DNA of 13,453 nt from Candidatus Methylomirabilales bacterium (GTDB lineage Bacteria > Methylomirabilota > Methylomirabilia > Methylomirabilales > CSP1-5): positions 1 to 13,453 of the forward strand of contig JBHIAH010000075.1 in assembly GCA_046758505.1 (NCBI GenBank). The letters are read 5' to 3'. Below are positions 1-7,925 of the stretch, in pieces. Below the pieces are notes generated by a model. The model made no database searches. It worked only from the letters and a program-made list of their open reading frames with translations, and was not told where the DNA came from. A program made the translations under genes and the position numbers. Position 1 is the stretch's first letter. Every line of letters begins with the position of its first letter.

Positions 1-773
1 CTCAACCACCAGGCCCCCAACACTGCTCCAAAGACCACATTCACCTCCCGCGCGGCGACGACGTAGCTCACTTTCGCCAGGGTCATCGCGGAGAGGACCA
101 ACACGTAGGCCAGACTCTGCAATCCCCCTGCGATCATGACCTTCCCGCGGGGCTCCCAGAGGTTGACGAAACTCCCCCTTCCCCGGGTGGTGATAACCCA
201 CGGGGCCAGGAGGAGGAAGCTGACGAGGTGGAGATAAAACAGGTAGGGAAGCGGGTGGACGAGGCTGACCCCCAGTTTATCCACGGTCGAGTAGCTGGCA
301 ATGGTCACTCCGGTGAGCAAGGCTCGCGGCACGTGCGGTCCCCGCAGTAAATCGAGCCCGCCGGTCGGGGACCGATGTAAGAGCAAGAGTCCCAGGACGA
401 TGCTCCCGATCCCCAAGAGGCCCGGACCGGACGGCCGTTCGCCGACAAGGACAAAGGCCAGAACGACTACCAGGAGGGGGCTCGAGCCCCGGGCGAGGGG
501 ATAGACCAATGAGAGGTCTCCCCGATCATAGGCCCGTGCGAGAAAGATGTAATAGCCCGCATGGATCGCGCCAGAGCCCAGGATGTAGGTCCACCCGTGC
601 CAGGGAAGGGTTGGCCAGGGGCCAAGGATAACGGCGGGGAGAAGCACCAGGTTCCCCAGCGCCAAAACCCGCCACAGGAAGAGGAGCTTATCCTCGCTCT
701 GCTTTGCGTAAAGATTCCAGATCGCGTGGAAGAAGGCGGAGGTAATGACGAGTGCCAGGGCCAGGGAGCTCAC
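1..773 (-). CDS. EamA/DMT family transporter (3' end runs off the window)
   Basis: Not in the ORF track; translated by hand from GTG at 773, which overlaps the azlD stop (GTGA). It reads MSSLALALVITSAFFHAIWNLYAK...LARAYDRGDLSLVYPLARGSSP...GERPS...SYSTVDKLGV...VSYVVAAREVNVVFGAVLG. The protein is hydrophobic with two EamA-like repeats and has no stop before position 1. Confidence 0.9.
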   Translation of the reverse strand, partial: MSSLALALVITSAFFHAIWNLYAKQSEDKLLFLWRVLALGNLVLLPAVILGPWPTLPWHGWTYILGSGAIHAGYYIFLARAYDRGDLSLVYPLARGSSPLLVVVLAFVLVGERPSGPGLLGIGSIVLGLLLLHRSPTGGLDLLRGPHVPRALLTGVTIASYSTVDKLGVSLVHPLPYLFYLHLVSFLLLAPWVITTRGRGSFVNLWEPRGKVMIAGGLQSLAYVLVLSAMTLAKVSYVVAAREVNVVFGAVLGAWWL

Positions 774-1087
774 AATCCCACCCGTGACAGGATCAGCACG
801 GCCACAATGCCGACTGCCATGCCTACCAGGGCGTTCTTCGCCCGGACCGCGGCCAGGATCGTCAGGCCGAGGGCAATCCCCCGAACCCCCACGGGTCCCG
901 GCGACGAGGCACCCTGGGCAAACCCGAACCACACGAAGCTGGAGATAATAGCGTACGAGAGGAACTGAAACCAACGCATCACCCGGGGAGCGAGGGGGAA
1001 CCGGTCGGCTAGGAGCAGGGGGGAGACACGCAACAGATACGTCCCCAGCCCCATCCCTAAGATGATGGCGACGTGCTCTCCCACCAT
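770..1087 (-). CDS. azlD: AzlD-family branched-chain amino acid exporter, small subunit
   Basis: 105 aa hydrophobic protein with the ILGMGLGTYLLRVSP signature. ATG at 1087 follows GGAGG and the gene overlaps the azlC 3' end. The Cys-rich N-terminal extension in the ORF track is unlikely to be translated. Confidence 0.85.
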   Translation of the reverse strand: MVGEHVAIILGMGLGTYLLRVSPLLLADRFPLAPRVMRWFQFLSYAIISSFVWFGFAQGASSPGPVGVRGIALGLTILAAVRAKNALVGMAVGIVAVLILSRVGL

Positions 1088-1767
1088 GCCTCCACCCCTA
1101 TGGCCCCGGTGGCCACCACAACAGCATTCACAATGAGCCCCCATCCCGGGACAAGGCTTTCCACCACCGGGGTGGTGAAAAAGGCGATCCCCACGATCAC
1201 GATCGATCGCCGCTCCCTCAGCTCCGCCGCCAGCAGCGCGGTGAGATAGGCCGGGAAGATGAACTGGATCCCCGCCTCAAATCCCCCCGGGATCTGCACT
1301 CCGAAGTGGTATCCCACCGCCGTCCCCACCAGGTAACAGGTATAGCTGGGAATCGCCACCCCGAGGAAGTAGAAGAAGTTATCCTGCGCCGATTTCCGCT
1401 GAAACCGGAGGAAGGAGAGGGAAAAGGTGCTGACCGAGATGAGATGCGCCCCCAGCATCACGCCAGCCCTCCGAGCGCGCGTGAAGTAGGGTGCGAGGGC
1501 AAAGCTCATGACGGCAAACCGGAGGTTGATGAAGAAGGTGCCGACGAGGATCTGCAGGCCCTGCCCTCCCAGCGGCAGGAGTTCAATCGCAGGAAACTGG
1601 GCCGGGGCGGCGAAGACCGCCGCCGACATCAGCAAAAGCTCCCCTGCGGGGAGACCCCGGGCATGGGCGGCGATCCCGAGGGCAAAGGTGATGGCGAAAA
1701 ACCCGAAGCACACCGGGACCGCCGCGCGTGCTCCTTCCCAGAAGCTCGCATACCGGTCAGGGTTCAT
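1057..1767 (-). CDS. azlC: AzlC-family amino acid exporter, large subunit
   Basis: Motifs FWEGARAAVPV, MSAAVFAAPAQF, FFINLRFAVMS, YLVGTAVG and FIFPAYLTALL. Start ATG at 1767 overlaps the end of the upstream hydrolase gene. Confidence 0.9.
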   Translation of the reverse strand: MNPDRYASFWEGARAAVPVCFGFFAITFALGIAAHARGLPAGELLLMSAAVFAAPAQFPAIELLPLGGQGLQILVGTFFINLRFAVMSFALAPYFTRARRAGVMLGAHLISVSTFSLSFLRFQRKSAQDNFFYFLGVAIPSYTCYLVGTAVGYHFGVQIPGGFEAGIQFIFPAYLTALLAAELRERRSIVIVGIAFFTTPVVESLVPGWGLIVNAVVVATGAIGVEAWWESTSPSS

Positions 1768-2659
1768 CGGCAACCGACGGAAGGGCAAGGCCGAGGCCGT
1801 AAAATGCGTTGGCGTTCCCAAAGGCGGCCCGGCAGATCTGGGGGAGAGGAAGCCCGAGGCGGCGCATGGCGCGCAGCGAAGCGGGAACTCCCAATGGATC
1901 GCAAGAGGTGTAGCCGATGAGATCGGAGTTCAACAGAATCCGCTCTGGTCCATGCCGGGCCACCATCTCGGCGACGTCCTGCGGCCGGACGTCGCGGATG
2001 GCGAGCCCCACACTGATGCCGGCATACGCCTTCGTCTCCTGCAAGACAAACGCAAGCGTGGCTGCATCGCAGTGGTCCACCACCAGGTGGTCCTGGGGAA
2101 ACCCCACCGCCTCCACCGCCCGGAGGTCCCGCTCCAGGCACAACCGCGTGAGGTCCTCCGGGAGAGCTGCGCCTCCCGCGATCAGGGTTCGCTTCCTGGC
2201 GGAGGGGGTATGGAGCATAAAGGGCTTGCCGTGGGCTTTGGCCACCTGCAGTTGCCCCTTCAGGACCTCTTCCTGCTCCTCGAGCGTCCAGGTCATTCCC
2301 CAGACCTGAAAAGGATCGAGCCCCATCTCCCCCACCGCGACCACCAGGGGATCCTGGAAATACGCCGGCATCCTCTCCAGAAGCCGCTCCCACTCGCGGA
2401 CCCGGGTGGCGTGGGAGATACCGATGCTGACGTACAGATCGAACAGGAGTTCCCGGGGGGCCGTGCGGGCAAGCTGAATCGGCTGCCGCCAGAGTTCTTC
2501 AATCTCCCTCGGGCCTGGCACCTCGGTCCGCGTGGCGCGAGAGAGGTAGGGAGTCCCGGCCGAGATCACCGCCGCCCGCATGCCGCACATCCCCAAGAGC
2601 TCCCAGGTATCCCAGGCAAGGGAGTGCATGTGGGTATGACTATCGATATAAGGGATCAC
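1757..2659 (-). CDS. TatD-related metal-dependent hydrolase (COG1099/EboB-like subgroup)
   Basis: Motifs IDSHTH, VAVGEMGLD, FMLHTP, VVDHC and LLNSD...DPLGVP. The likely start is GTG at 2659 just before the DxHxH motif (300 aa). The extra 48 codons in the ORF track look non-coding. Confidence 0.85.
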   Translation of the reverse strand: MIPYIDSHTHMHSLAWDTWELLGMCGMRAAVISAGTPYLSRATRTEVPGPREIEELWRQPIQLARTAPRELLFDLYVSIGISHATRVREWERLLERMPAYFQDPLVVAVGEMGLDPFQVWGMTWTLEEQEEVLKGQLQVAKAHGKPFMLHTPSARKRTLIAGGAALPEDLTRLCLERDLRAVEAVGFPQDHLVVDHCDAATLAFVLQETKAYAGISVGLAIRDVRPQDVAEMVARHGPERILLNSDLIGYTSCDPLGVPASLRAMRRLGLPLPQICRAAFGNANAFYGLGLALPSVADEP

Positions 2660-2852
2660 GCTCGGTCTTTCAGGGCCGGCGAAGATGCCGGTCCACGCTC
2701 GTTGCGCCCACTTGTGTGGCCCCTCGGGGGCCGCTCGGGCGACCGGCTGCGCAGCAGATGTCCGGCAAGTCCTGGGAAGAGCCAGCCGACGAGCCGTCGC
2801 CATCTCATTGTGCTAGGCACCATCTCGACGTGGACGAGGGAACCGGCGCTCC

Positions 2853-2881
2853 ACCATAGGACAAAGCAGCAGCAAAGGCAA
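2853..2881 (-). promoter_or_regulatory. Candidate sigma70 promoter for the hydrolase-azlCD-eamA cassette
   Basis: TTGCCT (2881-2876), 17 nt spacer, TATGGT (2858-2853). It lies immediately downstream of the terminator. Confidence 0.4.
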
Positions 2882-2891
2882 GCGGGGCGCC

Positions 2892-2926
2892 AACACAAAA
2901 GGGCATCATGGTCATCATGATGCCCT
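2892..2926 (-). terminator. Intrinsic terminator of the lipA...TPR operon
   Basis: AGGGCATCATG-ATGAC-CATGATGCCCT forms a perfect 11 bp stem running into TTTTGTGTT on the minus strand, about 20 nt after the TPR stop. Confidence 0.65.
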
Positions 2927-2944
2927 GGCTTCGCCGAGGGGGGC

Positions 2945-3262
2945 CTACGCGCCGCGCTGCAGCGCCATGGCCTCCGCCATTGCCGCCTCGGCCTCGGGGA
3001 TCATCCCCTTCTTCCGGTACAAGACCGAGAGGCCGGTGTGGTAGAGGGGCTCTCTGGGATCTAACGCGATCGCCTTCGTGATGGTGGCGATGGCCTCATC
3101 AACCAGGCCCTTCTGGTCGTAGGACTGCGCCAATGCCATGTATGCATCTGCGTAATTTGCGTCGAGGTCGATGGCCTTCTTGAAAGCGGCAATGGCCTCG
3201 TCGCTCTCCTGCTTGGCAAAATGGTTGAGCCCTTGATGGTAATACTGCTCCCGGGTGGGCAT
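2945..3262 (-). CDS. Small tetratricopeptide repeat protein
   Basis: 105 aa with TPR patterns (EAIAAFKKAIDLDANYADAYMALA; DEAIATITKAIALDP; YHTGLSVLYRKKG). ATG at 3262 has GGAG 6 nt upstream. Confidence 0.85.
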   Translation of the reverse strand: MPTREQYYHQGLNHFAKQESDEAIAAFKKAIDLDANYADAYMALAQSYDQKGLVDEAIATITKAIALDPREPLYHTGLSVLYRKKGMIPEAEAAMAEAMALQRGA

Positions 3263-3275
3263 CACGGACTCCACT

Positions 3276-3956
3276 TCACGGCGCGGTCACGACCATCTCC
3301 GGACGGGTCTTCCACCGCGGGACGCAGTCGAAGGCCAGCCCAAACTCGTGGGCAGTGACCTCGGCCACCGCCTGGACCGGTACCTCTCGGTCGAGGAGGG
3401 AGGCCATGGAGGTCATTCGAATTCCCCTGAGGCCGCAGGGAACGATCAGATCGAAGCAGCGGAGGTCAACGCTCACATTCAAGGCAAAGCCCTGCCAACT
3501 CACCCACCGGCTGACGTGCACACCGATGGAGGCAATCTTGGCGCCATCAACCCAGACCCCGGTCTGCCCCCTGACGCGCTCCCCCTGAATACCATAGGTA
3601 TGCAACGTCCGGATCAGTACCTGTTCAAGACCTCGCATATACCGGTGGAGGTCCTTCCCGTGCTGGATCAGATCGAGAACAGGGTACCCCACGAGCTGTC
3701 CCGGCCCGTGGAAGGTGACATCCCCCCCTCGCTCGATCTCCCAGACCTCGATCCCGCGGGCTTTCAGAAGGTCCTCTCCCGCGCACAGGTGCTCCCGCGT
3801 CGCCCCCCGCCCCAGGGTGATCACCGGTGGATGCTCCACGAGGAGGAGGCCGTCCTCTACGTCACCACGCATCCTCGCCGCCGCGCGCTGCCGCTGGAGC
3901 GCAAGCGCCTCTCCATAATCGACGCGGCCGAGCCAGGAGACTTCACATTCCCGCAT
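3276..3956 (-). CDS. lipB: Octanoyltransferase (lipoate-protein ligase B)
   Basis: Motifs EHPPVITLGR, ERGGDVTFHGPGQLVGYP, KIASIGV, GFALNV and PCG. Start ATG 3956 (or GTG 3959) follows GAGGAA. Confidence 0.95.
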   Translation of the reverse strand: MRECEVSWLGRVDYGEALALQRQRAAARMRGDVEDGLLLVEHPPVITLGRGATREHLCAGEDLLKARGIEVWEIERGGDVTFHGPGQLVGYPVLDLIQHGKDLHRYMRGLEQVLIRTLHTYGIQGERVRGQTGVWVDGAKIASIGVHVSRWVSWQGFALNVSVDLRCFDLIVPCGLRGIRMTSMASLLDREVPVQAVAEVTAHEFGLAFDCVPRWKTRPEMVVTAP

Positions 3957-3983
3957 CACTTCCTCTTCGTCGCCGACCACAGA

Positions 3984-4156
3984 CTTCGGGGGAGATCCCT
4001 CGCCGAGGGGAGGCTGCATCTGGCTTGCGTCGCGCCGGCCTGCAGTGCAGGCCGGCACATCTCCACCCCATGACGAGCGCCCGCGCGGAACGAAACTCTT
4101 TCGCCACACCACCCCGGAGAATTTGCAGCCAACTGAGGCGAGGATCTTTCCCGAAG
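3984..4156. other. Self-complementary intergenic element (structured RNA or MITE-like)
   Basis: Terminal inverted repeat CTTCGGGGGAGATCCCTCGCC (3984-4004) / GGCGAGGATCTTTCCCGAAG (4137-4156). Nested pair GGCTGCA (4012-4018) / TGCAGCC (4124-4130). Internal palindrome at 4034-4056. Confidence 0.6.
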
Positions 4157-4179
4157 CCATAACTTCCACAGCTTCTTGA

Positions 4180-4207
4180 GATCCAAGACCTCGGACCTCG
4201 GACCCCG
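4180..4207. repeat. Heptamer tandem array
   Basis: GATCCAA GACCTCG GACCTCG GACCCCG directly abutting the lpdA stop codon. Confidence 0.65.
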
Positions 4208-5602
4208 TTACATGTGGATCGCGCGGCCCAGGGCAGCCAGGCAGGCCTCCGCCACCGTCTCCGAGAGGGTCGGGTGGGCGTGAATGGAGTGGTGCACGTC
4301 TTCGAGCGTGGCCTCGAGGGTGCGGGCCATCGTGGCCTCGGCGATCATCTCGGTCGCCTCTGGACCGATGATGTGGAGTCCAAGGATCTCTCCGTACTCC
4401 GCATCCGCCACGACCTTGACAAAGCCCTCCGTATCCCCGAGCGTCACCGCCTTCCCGCTGGCCTGGAACGAGAAGCGACCGACCTTGACCTGGCGACCCC
4501 CTTCCTTGGCCTGCTCTTCGGTGAGGCCCACACTGGCCACCTGGGGAGCGCAGTAGGTGCAGTTGGGGATCTTGAGTGGATCCACCCGTTCGACTGTGAT
4601 CCCGGCTATTCCCTCCACCGCGACGATCGCCTCGGCCATTGCCTTGTGGGCGAGAAGGGGGCCGCCGATCACGTCGCCGATCGCATAGATGCCCGGAGCC
4701 GAGGTTTCGAGCCGGTCGTTGACCTCGATAAACCCCCCACGGCCCAGCGTGATCCCCCGTCCTTCAAGACCCAACGATTCGATATTCGGCACCCGGCCGA
4801 TGGCAACCAGCACCACATCCCCCGCGATCTCCTCGGTCTTCCCCTCTTTGGACAGCCGGAGGTGGACCTGCTCTCCCTTCGCCGTCACCCCCTCCACCGT
4901 GGTGCCGGTGCGAATGTTCATGCCGCGCTTGGCAAAGGCCTTCTCCAGGAAGCTCGAGATCTCGGCGTCCTCCACCGGCAAGAGGCGAGGGAGCATCTCG
5001 ATCAGGGTGACCTCGGCCCCGTAGGCCTCGTACACATCGGCAAACTCCACCCCGACCGCCCCCGCACCGATGATGAGAAGCGATCGCGGGACCTCCGGCA
5101 GACTGAGGGCTTCGGTGCTGGTGATCACCCGCTTTCCGTCCACCGCAACCCCCGGGATGTCCCGCGGGCGAGAGCCGGTCGCCACAAGAATTCGCTCCGC
5201 CTCCAGCTCGCTCCCCGTTCCATCCTTGGTGACCAGGACCTGGCCTGTGCCGACGAGCTTTCCCTCTCCGGGGACCACCGTCACCTTGTTCTTCTTCATG
5301 AGATACTCGACGCCCTTGGAGAGCTTTCGGGCCGCCCGCTCGCTTCGCTTCACCGCCACCGAAAAGTCCACGACCAGATTCTCAAAGCTGAAGCCAAACT
5401 CCTCCCCCCGGCGGAGAAGGGAGAGCACTTCCGCGTTCCGGAGGAGCGCCTTGGTGGGAATGCAGCCCCAGTTGAGACAGACCCCCCCCAGGCGGTCGCG
5501 CTCGACAATGGCGACCTTGCTCCCGAGCTGGGCGGCGCGGATGGCGCCGACGTAACCCCCCGGGCCACTCCCAATCACCACGAGATCATACCGCTCCGCC
5601 AT
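4208..5602 (-). CDS. lpdA: Dihydrolipoamide dehydrogenase (E3)
   Basis: IGSGPGG FAD motif, redox disulfide GGVCLNWGCIPTK, IIGAGAVGVE NAD motif and C-terminal HPTLSE. Confidence 0.97.
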   Translation of the reverse strand: MAERYDLVVIGSGPGGYVGAIRAAQLGSKVAIVERDRLGGVCLNWGCIPTKALLRNAEVLSLLRRGEEFGFSFENLVVDFSVAVKRSERAARKLSKGVEYLMKKNKVTVVPGEGKLVGTGQVLVTKDGTGSELEAERILVATGSRPRDIPGVAVDGKRVITSTEALSLPEVPRSLLIIGAGAVGVEFADVYEAYGAEVTLIEMLPRLLPVEDAEISSFLEKAFAKRGMNIRTGTTVEGVTAKGEQVHLRLSKEGKTEEIAGDVVLVAIGRVPNIESLGLEGRGITLGRGGFIEVNDRLETSAPGIYAIGDVIGGPLLAHKAMAEAIVAVEGIAGITVERVDPLKIPNCTYCAPQVASVGLTEEQAKEGGRQVKVGRFSFQASGKAVTLGDTEGFVKVVADAEYGEILGLHIIGPEATEMIAEATMARTLEATLEDVHHSIHAHPTLSETVAEACLAALGRAIHM

Positions 5603-5652
5603 GACTTCCCCCTTTGTCGCTTCAGATCCGCGTCGCCCGGAAGAGACAGACG

Positions 5653-6885
5653 TCAGCTCACGAGGTGGAGGGGTTGCTCGAGGAAGACCTTGAGGCGCTG
5701 GAGGAATCGGGCAGCCACCACCCCATCAAGGACCCGGTGGTCGGCGGAGAGGGTCACCCGCATCCGGTCGGCTACCTTCACCTCGCCTTCGACCACCACC
5801 GGTTTGGGGTTGACCGAGCCCACGGCCAGGATGGCCGCCTCGGGTGGGTTGATGATCGCAACAAACTCCTCCACGTCGAACATGCCGAGGTTGCTGATGG
5901 TGAAGGTCCCTGCGGTGAAATCCTCAGGCCGCAGGCGGCCGGCCCGGGCCCGCTCGACCAGCCCCTTGGCCTCCTGGGCGATCTGGGAGAGGGGCTTGTT
6001 GCCGCAATCGGGGATCACCGGCGTCACGAGGCCCTGATCCAGCGCCACGGCAATGCCGATATTGATCTGCTGATAGACCCGGAGCTTCCCGTCGGCAAAG
6101 GAGGCATTCGCCTCGGGAAACTCCTCCAAGGTCTTGGCCGCCGCCTTGACCAGCATGTCGGTCACCGAGATCTTTGTTCCGTCCTTGAGGAGGGCGTTCA
6201 ACCCCTGCCGAAGCTTCAAGGCCTCGGTCATGTCGATCTCCGAGGTCACGTAGAAGTGGGGCGCACCCTGCTTGCTCTCGGCCATCCGCCGGGCGATGGT
6301 CTGCCGAATCCGGGACAGGTCGCGCTCCTCATGCGGGATATCATGCAACGCGGCCCGGGGCGCAGCAGCCACGGGGACGGGAGCGGGCCGGGGAATCGCC
6401 GCCGGCCGGTGGGCGAGAAATATCTCGACATCATCCTTGACGATCCGGCCTCCGGGCCCGGTCCCACGGATCCGCTGGAGGTCAACGCCCTGCTCCCGCG
6501 CAATGCGGCGGGCGACGGGTGAGGCCACAATGCGTGCGCCGCCCTCCTCCTTCGGACTTACTGCGACCGCCGCCGGCTCGACCTCGGGCTTCCCTGCTTC
6601 TCCGACCGAAGGCGCCGCCGTCTCCACGAATCCTGGGATGGCCTCATCACGATCCGCAATGACGGCAATGACCTGTCCGACCGGAACCGTCTGCCCTTCC
6701 GCCACCAGGATCTTTCGGAGCACCCCCGAGCCGTACGCCTCCACTTCCACCGTCACCTTGGTTGTCTCCACCTCGGCGATAATTTCTCCGCGCGTGACCT
6801 CCTGCCGTTCCTGTTTCCGCCAGCGGACGATGGTCCCCTCGGTCATGTCGTAGCCCATCTTGGGCATGACAACTTCGGTCACCAT
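5653..6885 (-). CDS. pdhC: Dihydrolipoamide acyltransferase (E2), single lipoyl domain
   Basis: Lipoyl domain (Lys43), E3-binding domain ASPVARRIARE...GTGPGGRIVKDDV, GTFTISNLGM and catalytic DHRVLDG. RBS AGGAGG. Confidence 0.95.
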   Translation of the reverse strand: MVTEVVMPKMGYDMTEGTIVRWRKQERQEVTRGEIIAEVETTKVTVEVEAYGSGVLRKILVAEGQTVPVGQVIAVIADRDEAIPGFVETAAPSVGEAGKPEVEPAAVAVSPKEEGGARIVASPVARRIAREQGVDLQRIRGTGPGGRIVKDDVEIFLAHRPAAIPRPAPVPVAAAPRAALHDIPHEERDLSRIRQTIARRMAESKQGAPHFYVTSEIDMTEALKLRQGLNALLKDGTKISVTDMLVKAAAKTLEEFPEANASFADGKLRVYQQINIGIAVALDQGLVTPVIPDCGNKPLSQIAQEAKGLVERARAGRLRPEDFTAGTFTISNLGMFDVEEFVAIINPPEAAILAVGSVNPKPVVVEGEVKVADRMRVTLSADHRVLDGVVAARFLQRLKVFLEQPLHLVS

Positions 6886-6920
6886 CAGTCCCTCCTTTTT
6901 CCGCGTGCCCTTTCTGTTCC

Positions 6921-7907
6921 CTACACCCCGGTGCGCACCATGAGCTTCTTGACTGCCTCCACGACCCCCCCGGCATTCGGAATCGCCGCCTGCTCCAGGT
7001 TCTTCGCGTATGGCATCGGCACTTCCACAGCGGCCACGCGCTGGATGGGGGCATCCAGATGGTCGAAGGCTTCTTCCTGAATCCGGCTGGCGACTTCGGC
7101 GCCGATCCCGTACGAGCGCCAGGCCTCTTCGACGGTTACGGCGCGGTTGGTCTTCCGGACGGAGGCAACCACCGTCTCCATGTCGAGCGGGCGCAGGGTT
7201 CGGAGGTCGACCACCTCGGCGTCGATCCCCTCGTGACTCAGGCGATCTGCCGCCTCGAGCGCCACCAACGTCATCCGGGAGTAGGCCACGAGAGTAATGT
7301 CTTTCCCCGCCCGCTTCACCTCGGCCTTCCCCATGGGAATCAGGAACTCCCCCTCGGGGACCTCGCCGCGGACCCGGTAGAGGAGGGCGTGCTCGATGAA
7401 GAGGACTGGATCCTCGTCCCGGATGGCACTTTTCAACAATCCCTTGGCATCGGCAGGCATTGCCGGCGCGACCACCTTGAGGCCGGGGACATGGGCAAAG
7501 ATGGACTCAAGGTTTTGCGAATGGGTCGCGGCGAGCTGCGCCCCCGCCCCGCCGACCGTCCGGAACACGAGCGGTACGGACATCTGTCCTCCAAACATGT
7601 GCCGGATCTTGGCGGCATGGTTGATGATCGCGTCGGATGCGAGCAAGGCAAAATTAATCGTCATCAGCTCCGCCACGGGACGGAGCCCGCCCATCGCCGC
7701 CCCCACCGCCGTACCCCCAATGCCTCCTTCGGCGATGGGGGAATCCATTACGCGCTTCTCCCCGAACTCCTGGACGAGCCCCGACGTGACGCCGTAGGCC
7801 CCCCCGTAGGCCACGACGTCCTCGCCAAAAACCAGGACACGCTCGTCCCGGGCCATCTCCTCGCGCAGGCCCTGGTTCAGTGCCTCGCGATAGGTGATCA
7901 TCGGCAT
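6921..7907 (-). CDS. pdhB: Pyruvate dehydrogenase E1 beta subunit
   Basis: Motifs ITYREAL, FGEDV, DSPIAE, GLRPVAE, AATHSQ and VVDLRTLRPLD. ATG 7907 lies 8 nt after GGAGG. Confidence 0.95.
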   Translation of the reverse strand: MPMITYREALNQGLREEMARDERVLVFGEDVVAYGGAYGVTSGLVQEFGEKRVMDSPIAEGGIGGTAVGAAMGGLRPVAELMTINFALLASDAIINHAAKIRHMFGGQMSVPLVFRTVGGAGAQLAATHSQNLESIFAHVPGLKVVAPAMPADAKGLLKSAIRDEDPVLFIEHALLYRVRGEVPEGEFLIPMGKAEVKRAGKDITLVAYSRMTLVALEAADRLSHEGIDAEVVDLRTLRPLDMETVVASVRKTNRAVTVEEAWRSYGIGAEVASRIQEEAFDHLDAPIQRVAAVEVPMPYAKNLEQAAIPNAGGVVEAVKKLMVRTGV

Positions 7908-7925
7908 GCCCACTTCCTCCCCGGT

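Noticed and set aside
1088..1144. Cys/His-rich MGAHCECCCGGH N-terminus on AzlD as a metal-binding tag
   Set aside because: It is an alternate-frame reading of azlC. The real start with GGAGG is at 1087.
3957..4169. 71-codon N-terminal extension of lipB in the ORF track
   Set aside because: It runs through the inverted-repeat element and does not resemble LipB. A good RBS lies at the downstream start.
1508..6522. Other long plus-strand ORFs (1508-2920, 3255-4073, 4214-6037, 5614-6522), and likewise 10066-11286 and 10793-11494
   Set aside because: Antisense shadows of well-supported minus-strand genes.
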